From the NCBI GenBank assembly GCA_011523185.1, contig WTHI01000092.1, positions 3,048-58,337 of the forward strand: a stretch of DNA of 55,290 nucleotides. The letters run 5' to 3'. The stretch comes from Methanobacteriota archaeon. Lineage in GTDB: Archaea > Thermoplasmatota > Poseidoniia > Poseidoniales > Thalassarchaeaceae. The notes under the pieces are model-generated. The model searched no databases, was not told where the DNA came from, and worked only from the letters and a program-made list of their open reading frames with translations. Both the position numbers and the translations under genes were made by a program. This document shows, piece by piece, positions 9,271 to 18,402 of the stretch (within the stretch, counting starts at the first letter, position 1; each line of letters starts with the position of its first letter).

Positions 9271-10452
9271 ATGAAAACGAGTGAATTCATTATTCGACGC
9301 TTCATACTTCTAATCCCAGTTATGGTTGGGGTAACGGTATTTACATTCGCAATTGCCCAAATCATTCCGGCTGATCCTGCGGCTATCTTGTGCGGAGAAA
9401 GATGTGGTTTGGTTGATCCTGTAACTGGAAAGACAATGCTTGAATTGCAAAGAGAAAGATTGGGGTTGAATGAACCGGTTATAGTACAATTTAGGTTATA
9501 CATTGAAAACTTACTTGCAGGAGATTGGGGAGAATCTACAACCTACAATCGGCCTACTTCAGATGTTGTTCGCGACGCCGCTCCTGTAACGCTAGAAATG
9601 GCGCTTTTCGCACTATTGATGGCTTACCCCATAGGGATAACACTAGGTATCCTTAGTGCGGTTTGGCAAGACCAGGTGTTTGACCACATATCTCGATTTT
9701 TAGCAATCGCATTTGTCTCCCTACCAATTTTCTGGTTAGCAATGATGCTTCAGTTAGTCTTCGGTACGGGGTCGGAAGTAGGTGGAATATGTGATCCTAT
9801 TTTTGGAACTGAAGGCGGCTGTTTTCCGATTTATGGAAGGCATGATTCTGCGTTGACTTATCCAGACAGAACATCCACTCTGTGTGATACAATAAATTCT
9901 GGAATTGCGTGTTACCCCTCATGGTATCCCTCAGGGGGTACTGGATTTCATCTAGTTGACAGCTGGTTTGTTACAGATGAAGCACTAGAAAACATCCACC
10001 CTGACTATGCCTCAAACTCAAAATTATTTGATGACACCCTTGTTCACCTAATCCTTCCTTCCTTTACGCTGGGAATTGCAAGCGCAGGCTCATTGTTGAG
10101 ATATATGCGGGCAAGTTTGTTAGAGGTAATGAACGAAGATTACGTCCGGACTGCCAGAGCGAAGGGGCTTTCCGAATCTCGTGTAATTATCGTCCACGCT
10201 TGTAGAAACGCATTAGTTCCTATTTTGACAATACTTGGTTTCTCGATAGGTGGAGCAATAGGTGGTGCTGTACTTACTGAATCTATATTCGCTTTCTACG
10301 GAATGGGTAACGTTGCGGTTGATGCCATCATCAATCTGGATTATTCAGTCCTAATGGGAGTTACTCTCATCACAGCCATTATCTTCCTAATGTCGAATTT
10401 AATTGTTGATATTCTGTATGGCGTTGTTGATCCAAGGGTGAGGCTAGAATGA
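9271..10452 (+). CDS. Peptide ABC transporter permease (DppB/OppB-like)
   Basis: IIRRF...IPADPA, HLILPSFTL, EAA loop EDYVRTARAKGLS, terminal VDPRVR. Confidence 0.95.
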   Translation: MKTSEFIIRRFILLIPVMVGVTVFTFAIAQIIPADPAAILCGERCGLVDPVTGKTMLELQRERLGLNEPVIVQFRLYIENLLAGDWGESTTYNRPTSDVVRDAAPVTLEMALFALLMAYPIGITLGILSAVWQDQVFDHISRFLAIAFVSLPIFWLAMMLQLVFGTGSEVGGICDPIFGTEGGCFPIYGRHDSALTYPDRTSTLCDTINSGIACYPSWYPSGGTGFHLVDSWFVTDEALENIHPDYASNSKLFDDTLVHLILPSFTLGIASAGSLLRYMRASLLEVMNEDYVRTARAKGLSESRVIIVHACRNALVPILTILGFSIGGAIGGAVLTESIFAFYGMGNVAVDAIINLDYSVLMGVTLITAIIFLMSNLIVDILYGVVDPRVRLE

Positions 10453-12197
10453 GTTGGAAAGATGGCGCTGAGGAAAGGGCTGAAAGCCTTCGTCGAATTA
10501 GGGAGAGCGCCGCTCAAGCTAGTTATGATTTCAAACGTGGATGGAAAATTTACAGAAGGTCTTTATTGGCAGTTGTCGGATTATTAATGGTCATTTCGAT
10601 TTCGGTTGTATCAATCTTTGCCGACGATATCGCTGTAGAACATCCTGGAAGAAATTTACAGGATACCAGAGATGTCTGGCATATCGACTACGAACCGAGA
10701 AAGGCCGCCCCTTTCTCAGAAGAATGTGACACGCGCTATCAGAAGGTCTCCCTCACAACTCTAAGGCGTTGGGGCGATAATGGCACCAGCGCTCTGAGTC
10801 CGACTAGAGTCGCAGATGACAACTCATTCTATCAGGACACACTTGTCGTGACGGAATTCATTGAAATGCAAGACCGTTATGGGGTTACCCTTGCGAGTGA
10901 TTTGGTCACTCTTGAGCCTTCAAATAATACATATTTCTGGTTTTCAGATGAGTTGATGGACAACAATTCTTTGACTCAAATCAAACTAATTTACACATTC
11001 GAGAACGATGCTATGCATCATTGGTGGTTGCCAGATGGTTATGATGTGTGTATCTTCGGCACGAATGACGAAGGTCAGGATTTATTCAGTAAAATTCTCT
11101 ATGGTTCCAGAGTATCCCTTACGATAGGATTCACCGTTGCGACCCTGACAGTGATTATTGGGACAGTTATAGGAAGTATTAGTGGATACTTCGGAGGTAG
11201 AACCGACGAGGTAATAATGAGAATTACAGATATCTTCTTCGCTGTCCCTGGGTTAATTTTAGCACTCGCTTTCGTCGCTGCATTACAAGCCGTAGATAAC
11301 TTCACAATTCCCCTTGCTTTGGCATTTTTAATTCCGATTATTGCCCTTGCAGTATACGCTAGAACGAATTTAATCGAGGTATTCATGCCAGGTTCGGAAG
11401 GTGTATCATTGCCAAAGATAAATCCAATTATTGGACTAACCCTGTTTATTGCTGCAACATTTTTCATAATTATTATTGAAGCACACCATGTATGGTACGA
11501 CGTCTTCGAGTTAAGTGATAGTAGATTTTGGAGACTATTGCTGAGTTTTATTGCAATTTTCACAATTGCAGGATTGTTGACTTTAGACAAACGACTAATT
11601 GAAAATTTTTCAACCGACGGATTTTCCAATCGAGCTCTAGATGTATTTGATTGGAAAAACCCATACCGATATCTCTCATTTAGGACGGTTGTGATTTTTA
11701 TTGCATCAATCGCTCTATTTTCATGGTCTGGAAACGGAGAAAATGAGATTGTTATTATAGAAAATTTTGATCGTCTCTGGAAAATTCAAATCGCTCTAGT
11801 ATTTACTGGATGGCCCGGCTATGCGAGATTGATTCGCGGTCAAGTATTGTACGTCAAAGAGATGACATTTGTCGAGGCCGCAAGGAGCGTCGGAGCACCT
11901 TCAGGCCGAATAATGTTCAGGCACATTTTACCTAATGCTTGGGCGCCATTACTAGTTGCTTTCACCTTGGATATCGGAGGTACCATACTTTCGGCATCAG
12001 GGCTTTCATTCATTGGATTAGGCGCAGAGCCAGGTGCTGCAGAATGGGGCAAACTAGTCTCCGATGGTAGAGCCCATTTCCCTCAGGATTACTGGTTGGT
12101 ATTATTCCCCGGTCTTGCCATCGCTTACACAACATTAGGATTCAATTTACTCGGTGATGGCTTACGAGATGTGGTAGATCCAAAGAACAGGAGGTGA
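10449..12197 (+). CDS. Peptide ABC transporter permease (DppC/OppC-like), enlarged
   Basis: FGTNDEGQDLFSKILYGSRVSL, FVEAARSVGA, HILPN, FNLLGDGLRDVVDPK; ATGA overlap with the upstream gene. Confidence 0.93.
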   Translation: MSWKDGAEERAESLRRIRESAAQASYDFKRGWKIYRRSLLAVVGLLMVISISVVSIFADDIAVEHPGRNLQDTRDVWHIDYEPRKAAPFSEECDTRYQKVSLTTLRRWGDNGTSALSPTRVADDNSFYQDTLVVTEFIEMQDRYGVTLASDLVTLEPSNNTYFWFSDELMDNNSLTQIKLIYTFENDAMHHWWLPDGYDVCIFGTNDEGQDLFSKILYGSRVSLTIGFTVATLTVIIGTVIGSISGYFGGRTDEVIMRITDIFFAVPGLILALAFVAALQAVDNFTIPLALAFLIPIIALAVYARTNLIEVFMPGSEGVSLPKINPIIGLTLFIAATFFIIIIEAHHVWYDVFELSDSRFWRLLLSFIAIFTIAGLLTLDKRLIENFSTDGFSNRALDVFDWKNPYRYLSFRTVVIFIASIALFSWSGNGENEIVIIENFDRLWKIQIALVFTGWPGYARLIRGQVLYVKEMTFVEAARSVGAPSGRIMFRHILPNAWAPLLVAFTLDIGGTILSASGLSFIGLGAEPGAAEWGKLVSDGRAHFPQDYWLVLFPGLAIAYTTLGFNLLGDGLRDVVDPKNRR

Positions 12198-12201
12198 AAG
12201 C

Positions 12202-13932
12202 ATGTCGGAACTATTGGATATCCAAGGACTTAGAGTTCACTTCGATACTCTTGATGGTCCTGTTGAAGCCTTGCATTCAGTATCACTTTCGGTGAAAGAA
12301 GGACAAATAATGGGTGTCGTCGGAGAATCTGGTTGTGGCAAGTCGGTTACATCTTTGGTCACAATTGGATTGGCAACTTGTGATGTTGATGAGGGAAGTA
12401 TCAAATTCGAAGGAGACGAATTGATACAAAAAACACCCGTAAAAACACAAAAAATCCTTTCCGTTCTAAAGTATTCTAGTTCAGCTTTCACTATTGGATT
12501 GATCCTTTCTATATTTTGGACCTTCTTGGAGCCAATACAAGGTTTACAAGGATCTGCAATAATGCTGACTGGATTTATCATTTGCTTTATCTCAGCGCGC
12601 ATACTAGACGCTCCGCGTAGTCGTCACGAGAAATTTATGCGTTCAATTAGGGGCAACAAAATTTCAATGATTTTCCAAGAACCAATGACTGCGCTAAATC
12701 CTCTATACACGGTAGAGAAACAAGTCGCCGAAGTACTGAAGCAACACAATAGATTAGACCATGCAGAAATCAGCAAAGTCTTAAAATTCGGCAAATCAAT
12801 AATTAGCCCGGCCGAAATGTTGGTCCGTTTCTTGAAAAATGATTGGAAAGGGGTTCTACCCCTAGTCTCAGTTTTCTTGTTAATTCTTATTTTTCATCAA
12901 ACGAATAACGCTTCTTTGATACTCGGATTGATAGCAAATAAATACGCTGTAATGATAATTGTCTCTGCGTTTGTTTGGCTAGTATTTTCTACTCTGTTTT
13001 TTGATAGGGGTGATGAAGATAGGGATTTCATCAAACATGATACAACGAGCACAGAGGAGATACCTGGCAGCATTGGATTACTCGAATATGTTAGGATAAT
13101 TGATGATTTCACAAGAGCTAATTATGCGTTAATTGTAGTGTCTTGGCTAGTGATTTCAATTCTTCTTTGGATACCCTTTGGGGTCTTGATGACTATTATT
13201 TTCAGCGGGGCAATTTTAGCGATTCCCCCCATTCAAATTTCAAATTATTTTTCTCTAGATCCCGCTCACACGAGGCAAGTTGTAAGAATCCTCAAAGAGG
13301 TTAGAATTCCAAATCCTGAAGCCGTCGTTAAGATGTATCCTCACGAACTATCCGGTGGAATGCGACAGCGAGTTATGATTGCAATGATGATGGCTTGTGA
13401 GCCAAAGTTACTAATCGCTGACGAGCCAACCACTGCACTCGATGTGACTATACAGGCTCAAATCCTCAACTTAATGAAAGATCTCCGAGATAGAGAAGGA
13501 ACTGCAATTATGATGATCACTCACGATTTAGGTGTAATTGCAGAAACCTGTGATGCAGTAACCGTCATGTACGCTGGATCGGTAGTTGAGACTGGCTCAC
13601 TCAAACAAGTTTTGGGCTCGCCAAGAATGCCCTACACAATCGGCCTTCTTCACAGTATCCCAAGAATCAAAGAAGCCGGTGAGGAGAGAGTTGACCTTCC
13701 AATTATCCCTGGTCAAGTCCCCGATCCCAATGAGAAGTTCGATGGTTGCAGATTCCATCCAAGATGTCCATTTGCGGATGACCTGTGTAGGACTAAACCG
13801 CCACAAATGCAAGAAGTCGCTCCCGGTCATTATGCGGCCTGCCACCATACTGAATTAACTGATAATCTAGTTGTGGCTCAGGAAGCATTTTCTTCAGAAG
13901 GGTTCCTTCAATCGGGGGTGAATGTTCAATGA
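12202..13932 (+). CDS. Peptide ABC transporter ATP-binding protein (DppD/OppD-like) with two hydrophobic insertions
   Basis: Walker [10 protein letters not shown]-loop IFQEP, signature LSGGMRQR, Walker B LIADEPT, H-loop ITHD, C-terminal GCRFHPRCP...C...ACH. Confidence 0.92.
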   Translation: MSELLDIQGLRVHFDTLDGPVEALHSVSLSVKEGQIMGVVGESGCGKSVTSLVTIGLATCDVDEGSIKFEGDELIQKTPVKTQKILSVLKYSSSAFTIGLILSIFWTFLEPIQGLQGSAIMLTGFIICFISARILDAPRSRHEKFMRSIRGNKISMIFQEPMTALNPLYTVEKQVAEVLKQHNRLDHAEISKVLKFGKSIISPAEMLVRFLKNDWKGVLPLVSVFLLILIFHQTNNASLILGLIANKYAVMIIVSAFVWLVFSTLFFDRGDEDRDFIKHDTTSTEEIPGSIGLLEYVRIIDDFTRANYALIVVSWLVISILLWIPFGVLMTIIFSGAILAIPPIQISNYFSLDPAHTRQVVRILKEVRIPNPEAVVKMYPHELSGGMRQRVMIAMMMACEPKLLIADEPTTALDVTIQAQILNLMKDLRDREGTAIMMITHDLGVIAETCDAVTVMYAGSVVETGSLKQVLGSPRMPYTIGLLHSIPRIKEAGEERVDLPIIPGQVPDPNEKFDGCRFHPRCPFADDLCRTKPPQMQEVAPGHYAACHHTELTDNLVVAQEAFSSEGFLQSGVNVQ

Positions 13933-14975
13933 GTGAAGAAGATTCCAAACAGGTTGCAAACAATAAGCCTACAGAAGACCCCCATCCTATGATTAAAATT
14001 CGGAATGCAAAAAAGTGGTTTCCAATTAAGGCAGGAATGTTCTCTCCTGTAACCGCTCATGTTCGCGCAGTCGATGGAGTTGACTTAGATATCCAAAGGG
14101 GAGAGACTGTTGGAGTAGTAGGCGAATCAGGTTGCGGAAAAACAACTCTTGGCCGTTTGGTCATGGGACTTATTCCGAGAACCGAGGGTTCAATCGAATT
14201 CGACGGGATGGATATTTCCAACATGAAGCGTAAGGAACTCAGACGCCGTTTACAGATTGTATTCCAAGACCCCGGAGGCTCAATGAATCCTAGAATGTCA
14301 GTACGGTCGATTATTGCTGAACCCCTAATTGTGAATGGATTAGCCGACGGAGCGGAATTAACCAAGAAAGTCTCTGAGTTGCTAACAATTGTTGGTTTGA
14401 AGCCAAATCACATGACCCGATTCCCCCACGAGTTTTCAGGAGGTCAAAAACAGAGGATTGCTCTGGCTAGAGCCTTATCCTTAGATCCGGAGTTTATTCT
14501 TCTAGACGAACCTACATCAGCACTAGATGTTTCAGTTCAAGCACAGGTCCTGAACTTACTTGACTCGATCCAGAAGGAGAGAGGGCTTACCTTCATCTTC
14601 ATTACTCACTCACTAAATGTTGTCAATCATATTAGTGATAGAGTTGCGGTCATGTATCTTGGAAAGATTGTGGAAATAGCCGAGACCGACGAACTATTTG
14701 CTAATCCGGCCCACCCATATACTCATGCTCTATTGTCAGCAATCCCTCAGCCATCTGTAGAAGAAAATCAGAAGCAAAGAATCGTACTTTCAGGCGATGT
14801 CCCTAGTCCAGCAAATCCACCTAGTGGATGTAGCTTCCACACCCGCTGCCCCATAGCTGTAGAAGGCAAGTGTGACGTCGACGAACCAGAACTAAAGGCC
14901 ATAATCGGCGGCCACAAGGTAGCCTGCCATTTCCCGGTAGAAGCAGGTGGAAGTCTACCTATGCTGAACGATTGA
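13929..14975 (+). CDS. Peptide ABC transporter ATP-binding protein (DppF/OppF-like)
   Basis: GESGCGKT, FSGGQKQR, LLDEPT, HPYT, GCSFHTRCP. Confidence 0.95.
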   Translation: MSEEDSKQVANNKPTEDPHPMIKIRNAKKWFPIKAGMFSPVTAHVRAVDGVDLDIQRGETVGVVGESGCGKTTLGRLVMGLIPRTEGSIEFDGMDISNMKRKELRRRLQIVFQDPGGSMNPRMSVRSIIAEPLIVNGLADGAELTKKVSELLTIVGLKPNHMTRFPHEFSGGQKQRIALARALSLDPEFILLDEPTSALDVSVQAQVLNLLDSIQKERGLTFIFITHSLNVVNHISDRVAVMYLGKIVEIAETDELFANPAHPYTHALLSAIPQPSVEENQKQRIVLSGDVPSPANPPSGCSFHTRCPIAVEGKCDVDEPELKAIIGGHKVACHFPVEAGGSLPMLND

Positions 14976-15026
14976 CATACCGGAGACTTTCTCAGTCTGA
15001 ACGACTTAGCGGGTTAGAGGGATTTG

Positions 15027-15401
15027 ATGTCTGACGATTCGTTATCAACTTCTGAAGTTGAAATCGAACCCCCTGAATTCATTGACAAGAGAGAGGAGGC
15101 GGAAGCGGCGTTCTGGAGATTAAAGAGGGCAGCCGATTTATGGAGAGAAAATCGGGTAAAGCGCGTCTTAGCACAAGAGGGAGAGAGTATTTTTCGCACA
15201 CTCGGCCGTGTTCTGTACGTCATTACGTGCATTCTTTTCGATGGATTAATTCTGATAGAATTACCAATTTACTTGGAGCGTACTGCAGTGGCATGGACAC
15301 TATACATACTCATTCTGATTTTTGCCGTCAGATTCCAGCATCAATACTACAAGAAATGGTTTGAAGTCGATATTAGTCAGATTGAGTTTGAGAATCATTG
15401 A
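15027..15401 (+). CDS. Hypothetical 2-TM membrane protein
   Basis: About 124-aa ORF with acidic N-terminus and two hydrophobic helices; GAGGG upstream; 3' end overlaps the convergent MFS gene. Confidence 0.65.
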   Translation: MSDDSLSTSEVEIEPPEFIDKREEAEAAFWRLKRAADLWRENRVKRVLAQEGESIFRTLGRVLYVITCILFDGLILIELPIYLERTAVAWTLYILILIFAVRFQHQYYKKWFEVDISQIEFENH

Positions 15402-16623
15402 TTGGAAATAAGTCGGAATCGACTCTCTCAAATCTCCTGAAAGAAGGTACGATTAGACCCCCCATGGTTGTTAGAACCATTATAGAGACGGCTAGTGTAA
15501 AAGTAGTCAAAACGTTAGTCGCCTCAATCATCCAACCCCCAATAAGAGGTGAAAATGGGATGAAAATTAGGGATCCAATCGCATCTAGAGAGTTGACCCT
15601 TCCTCTTAGGTGCTGGTCTACACTATCCGACATTGTAGTCCTCCAGATTACCCCAAGAGTTCCCCCCAGGAATCCCTCGATAAGAACGAATAGCAAGATC
15701 AGTAGGAATGGTATTGGCATTGCCCACATGAGCATGCACCACGCGATACCGCCTATCAGAACGTAGAAGACTAGGCCCCTAGACTTCTTCGAGATAGGTC
15801 TGAATCCGGCAAACAATGAACCAATCATCGCTCCCCCGGCGCCAACAGCGCCGAAGATTCCGAATTCCTTAGCGCCTAGACCTTTATTCTCGATTATGAA
15901 TGGAATTCCTATTTCTATCGCCGAGTCGCCGATGTGCCAAATCATGAACATTACAATCCCAGCTAATAACCATGGTTGGGTTTTCACGAAAGCCCATGCC
16001 TCGGCTACTTCTTCCTTCAGACTCTCTACACCATCTTCCCTCTCAATTGGAATTTCGGAGATTGTCCACAAAACCGCGCCGCTAAAGAGGAAAGTCAAAA
16101 CATCAAGCAATAGGCATAATTCAATGCCCCACTGTTCTACTGTGAATCCTCCAATTAGAGGCCCCAGCATCCAAGCTGCGGTCATCGCTACCCCTCTAAG
16201 TGCGTTAGCTTGTGGTAGAATTTCCTCCTCTACTAAGTCAGGTACTAGAGCACCAATTGCGGGAATTGAGAAGGCACCTGCGCCTCCTGTTAGGAAGGTG
16301 ATTACGAGTAGTGTATTTATGACGTCAAAGCCGGCCATCAATGCAAACATTGCTAATGCAACTAATACTGCCTGGGATAAATCTGAGATTAGAGCAACAG
16401 TTCTCCTGGGCATTCTGTCTACGACCATGCCTCCGTAAAATAGCAAAGGGAGATGTCCAAGAAAATAGGCGGTGAAAACCATACCGTATGCCTTCGGTCC
16501 ACCTACCTCTGCTATGGTCCACCCCATTCCGATAATGAAGATGGAACTACCGAGCATATTGACGCCGTTTCCGATCAACAAACGACGGAACTCAGGGATA
16601 TTCCATGCCTCGGCCAACCCCAT
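15373..16623 (-). CDS. MFS transporter (DHA3/MFS_3-like)
   Basis: About 12 TM segments; motif A GGMVVDRMPRR; HLRGRVNS. Confidence 0.9.
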   Translation of the reverse strand: MGLAEAWNIPEFRRLLIGNGVNMLGSSIFIIGMGWTIAEVGGPKAYGMVFTAYFLGHLPLLFYGGMVVDRMPRRTVALISDLSQAVLVALAMFALMAGFDVINTLLVITFLTGGAGAFSIPAIGALVPDLVEEEILPQANALRGVAMTAAWMLGPLIGGFTVEQWGIELCLLLDVLTFLFSGAVLWTISEIPIEREDGVESLKEEVAEAWAFVKTQPWLLAGIVMFMIWHIGDSAIEIGIPFIIENKGLGAKEFGIFGAVGAGGAMIGSLFAGFRPISKKSRGLVFYVLIGGIAWCMLMWAMPIPFLLILLFVLIEGFLGGTLGVIWRTTMSDSVDQHLRGRVNSLDAIGSLIFIPFSPLIGGWMIEATNVLTTFTLAVSIMVLTTMGGLIVPSFRRFERVDSDLFPINDSQTQSD

Positions 16624-16845
16624 GACAAAAATGGGGAATGATTTTCATTTCAACCTACTTACCATCTACCAAGCAGATTTACAATTTGTTGAGAATTAAT
16701 CGTTTGCCAAATTGACAGGATATTCTAGGGTGTATATTGTTCATTCGAATTAGAAATAACAATAATAATTTTCATTCGTTTAATATATAGAAGATATGTT
16801 GTAATTTCTTCAAGTATTCATTTCATTTATTGAACATGTGGTGAG

Positions 16846-16853
16846 TTATATTA
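16846..16853 (+). promoter_or_regulatory. TATA box of the glutamine synthetase gene, within an AT-rich divergent intergenic region
   Basis: TTATATTA about 30 nt before ATG 16878. Confidence 0.5.
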
Positions 16854-16877
16854 ACCGTACATTATTCGGGATATCCT

Positions 16878-17885
16878 ATGGACCCCAAGGCCAAACTTGA
16901 GTACATCTGGTTAGATGGATATGAACCGACACAGAGCATGCGAAGTAAGACAATGATTAGATCAAATTTCGGGGGTACAGTAGAAGAGTGCCCGATGTGG
17001 TCATTCGATGGTTCATCAACCCAGCAGGCAGAAGGCGGTGATTCCGATTGTCTCCTAAAGCCGGTCTTCATTTGCCCAGATCCTGATAGAATCAATGGTT
17101 ACCTTGTAATGTGTGAAGTCTTGAATGCTGATGGAACGCCTCACGCTTCAAACGGAAGAGCAACAATAGATGAGGACGACGACGACTTTTGGTTCGGATA
17201 TGAGCAAGAGTACTTCCTATGGGATCCTGAATCCAACCTACCACTTGGATTCCCACGAGACCAAACTCCTCAAGGGCAATTCTATTGCTCTGTTGGAGCA
17301 ATGAACACTTTCGGAAGAGATGTTATCGAAGCCCATCTTGACATGTGCCTGGATGCTGGTTTGAATGTCGAAGGTATCAACGCAGAGGTTGCAGTAGGGC
17401 AATGGGAATACCAAATATTTGCAAAGGGAGCTAAAGAAGCCGGCGATCAAATATGGGTCTCAAGATACCTTGCAGAAAGAAATGCAGAAAAATACGGGCT
17501 AGCAATCGAATGGCATCCGAAGCCGCTTGGCCAAACAGACTGGAATGGTTCAGGAATGCACGTAAACTTCAGTGATGGAAGAATGAGAGATGAAGGTGGA
17601 GAGGAGCTCATGAGTCAGATTTGCGAGGCCTTTGGTCAGAATATCAAGAAGCATATCGATGTCTACGGGGCACACAATGAGCAGAGGCTAACCGGTCTTC
17701 ATGAGACTCAAAGTATACACGAATTCTCATATGGCGTATCTGATAGAGGCGCCTCAATTCGAATTCCTATTGGTACAATCGAAGATGGTTGGAAGGGCCG
17801 ATTAGAAGACAGACGCCCATCCTCAAATGGAGATCCTTACAAGATTGGAGCGGTAGTAATTACAACTACTAAATCTGCGTATTAG
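16878..17885 (+). CDS. glnII: Glutamine synthetase type II (GSII)
   Basis: 335 aa; KLEYIWLDG, LRSKT-like MRSKT, WSFDGSSTQQAEG, GINAEVAVGQWEYQI, DWNGSGMH, RLTGLHET, DRGASIRIP, EDRRP. Confidence 0.95.
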   Translation: MDPKAKLEYIWLDGYEPTQSMRSKTMIRSNFGGTVEECPMWSFDGSSTQQAEGGDSDCLLKPVFICPDPDRINGYLVMCEVLNADGTPHASNGRATIDEDDDDFWFGYEQEYFLWDPESNLPLGFPRDQTPQGQFYCSVGAMNTFGRDVIEAHLDMCLDAGLNVEGINAEVAVGQWEYQIFAKGAKEAGDQIWVSRYLAERNAEKYGLAIEWHPKPLGQTDWNGSGMHVNFSDGRMRDEGGEELMSQICEAFGQNIKKHIDVYGAHNEQRLTGLHETQSIHEFSYGVSDRGASIRIPIGTIEDGWKGRLEDRRPSSNGDPYKIGAVVITTTKSAY

Positions 17886-18402
17886 AATTAGAGTCTAGAT
17901 TTTTCATTAATTTACTCCAAATTAATGAGAAAGCGGGTGAGAAAACCGATGAGTCGTGTAGATTAAAATCATCTAAAGTTTCTATTGTGAACCAACTAAT
18001 TTCAGAAATTTCATCCACATTGGGTGAAAATGGGCCTTCAGAAAAATGCCGATAAACCCAACAGAACTCATTGTCAGTTTCCTTACAAGCGGCCACTTTC
18101 AAAATCTTCTCAGGGACTAGTTCGAATTTAACACCTAATTCTTCCCAGGATTCTCTAATTACGGCTTCGTCATAATTCTCTCCAGAATCAACATGTCCGG
18201 ATACTGAAGAGTCCCAAGTTCCAGGAAATGTATCCTTTTCCATAGATCTCTTTTGCAATAGTACTGACCCCTGTTTATTGAAAATTAGTAGATGGACAGA
18301 TCTATGTTTCAGACCCCTTTTGTGAACCTCATTTCTACTAGCAGACCCAATGACTTTGTCACTGTCGTCGACTATATCAAAAATCTCAGAATTCTCATTC
18401 AT
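17869..18402 (-). CDS. Nudix hydrolase (YfcD / IPP-isomerase-like fold)
   Basis: HRSVHLLIFN, LLQKRS..K.TFPG.WD, Nudix box GHVDSGENYDEAVIRESWEELG. Confidence 0.88.
   Translation of the reverse strand: MNENSEIFDIVDDSDKVIGSASRNEVHKRGLKHRSVHLLIFNKQGSVLLQKRSMEKDTFPGTWDSSVSGHVDSGENYDEAVIRESWEELGVKFELVPEKILKVAACKETDNEFCWVYRHFSEGPFSPNVDEISEISWFTIETLDDFNLHDSSVFSPAFSLIWSKLMKNLDSNSNTQI

Noticed and set aside
17869-18402. Type 1 isopentenyl-diphosphate isomerase call
   Set aside because: The catalytic Cys motif (CCSHP/CGHP) is replaced by SVSGHV and the Nudix box is intact, so a YfcD-like Nudix hydrolase fits better.
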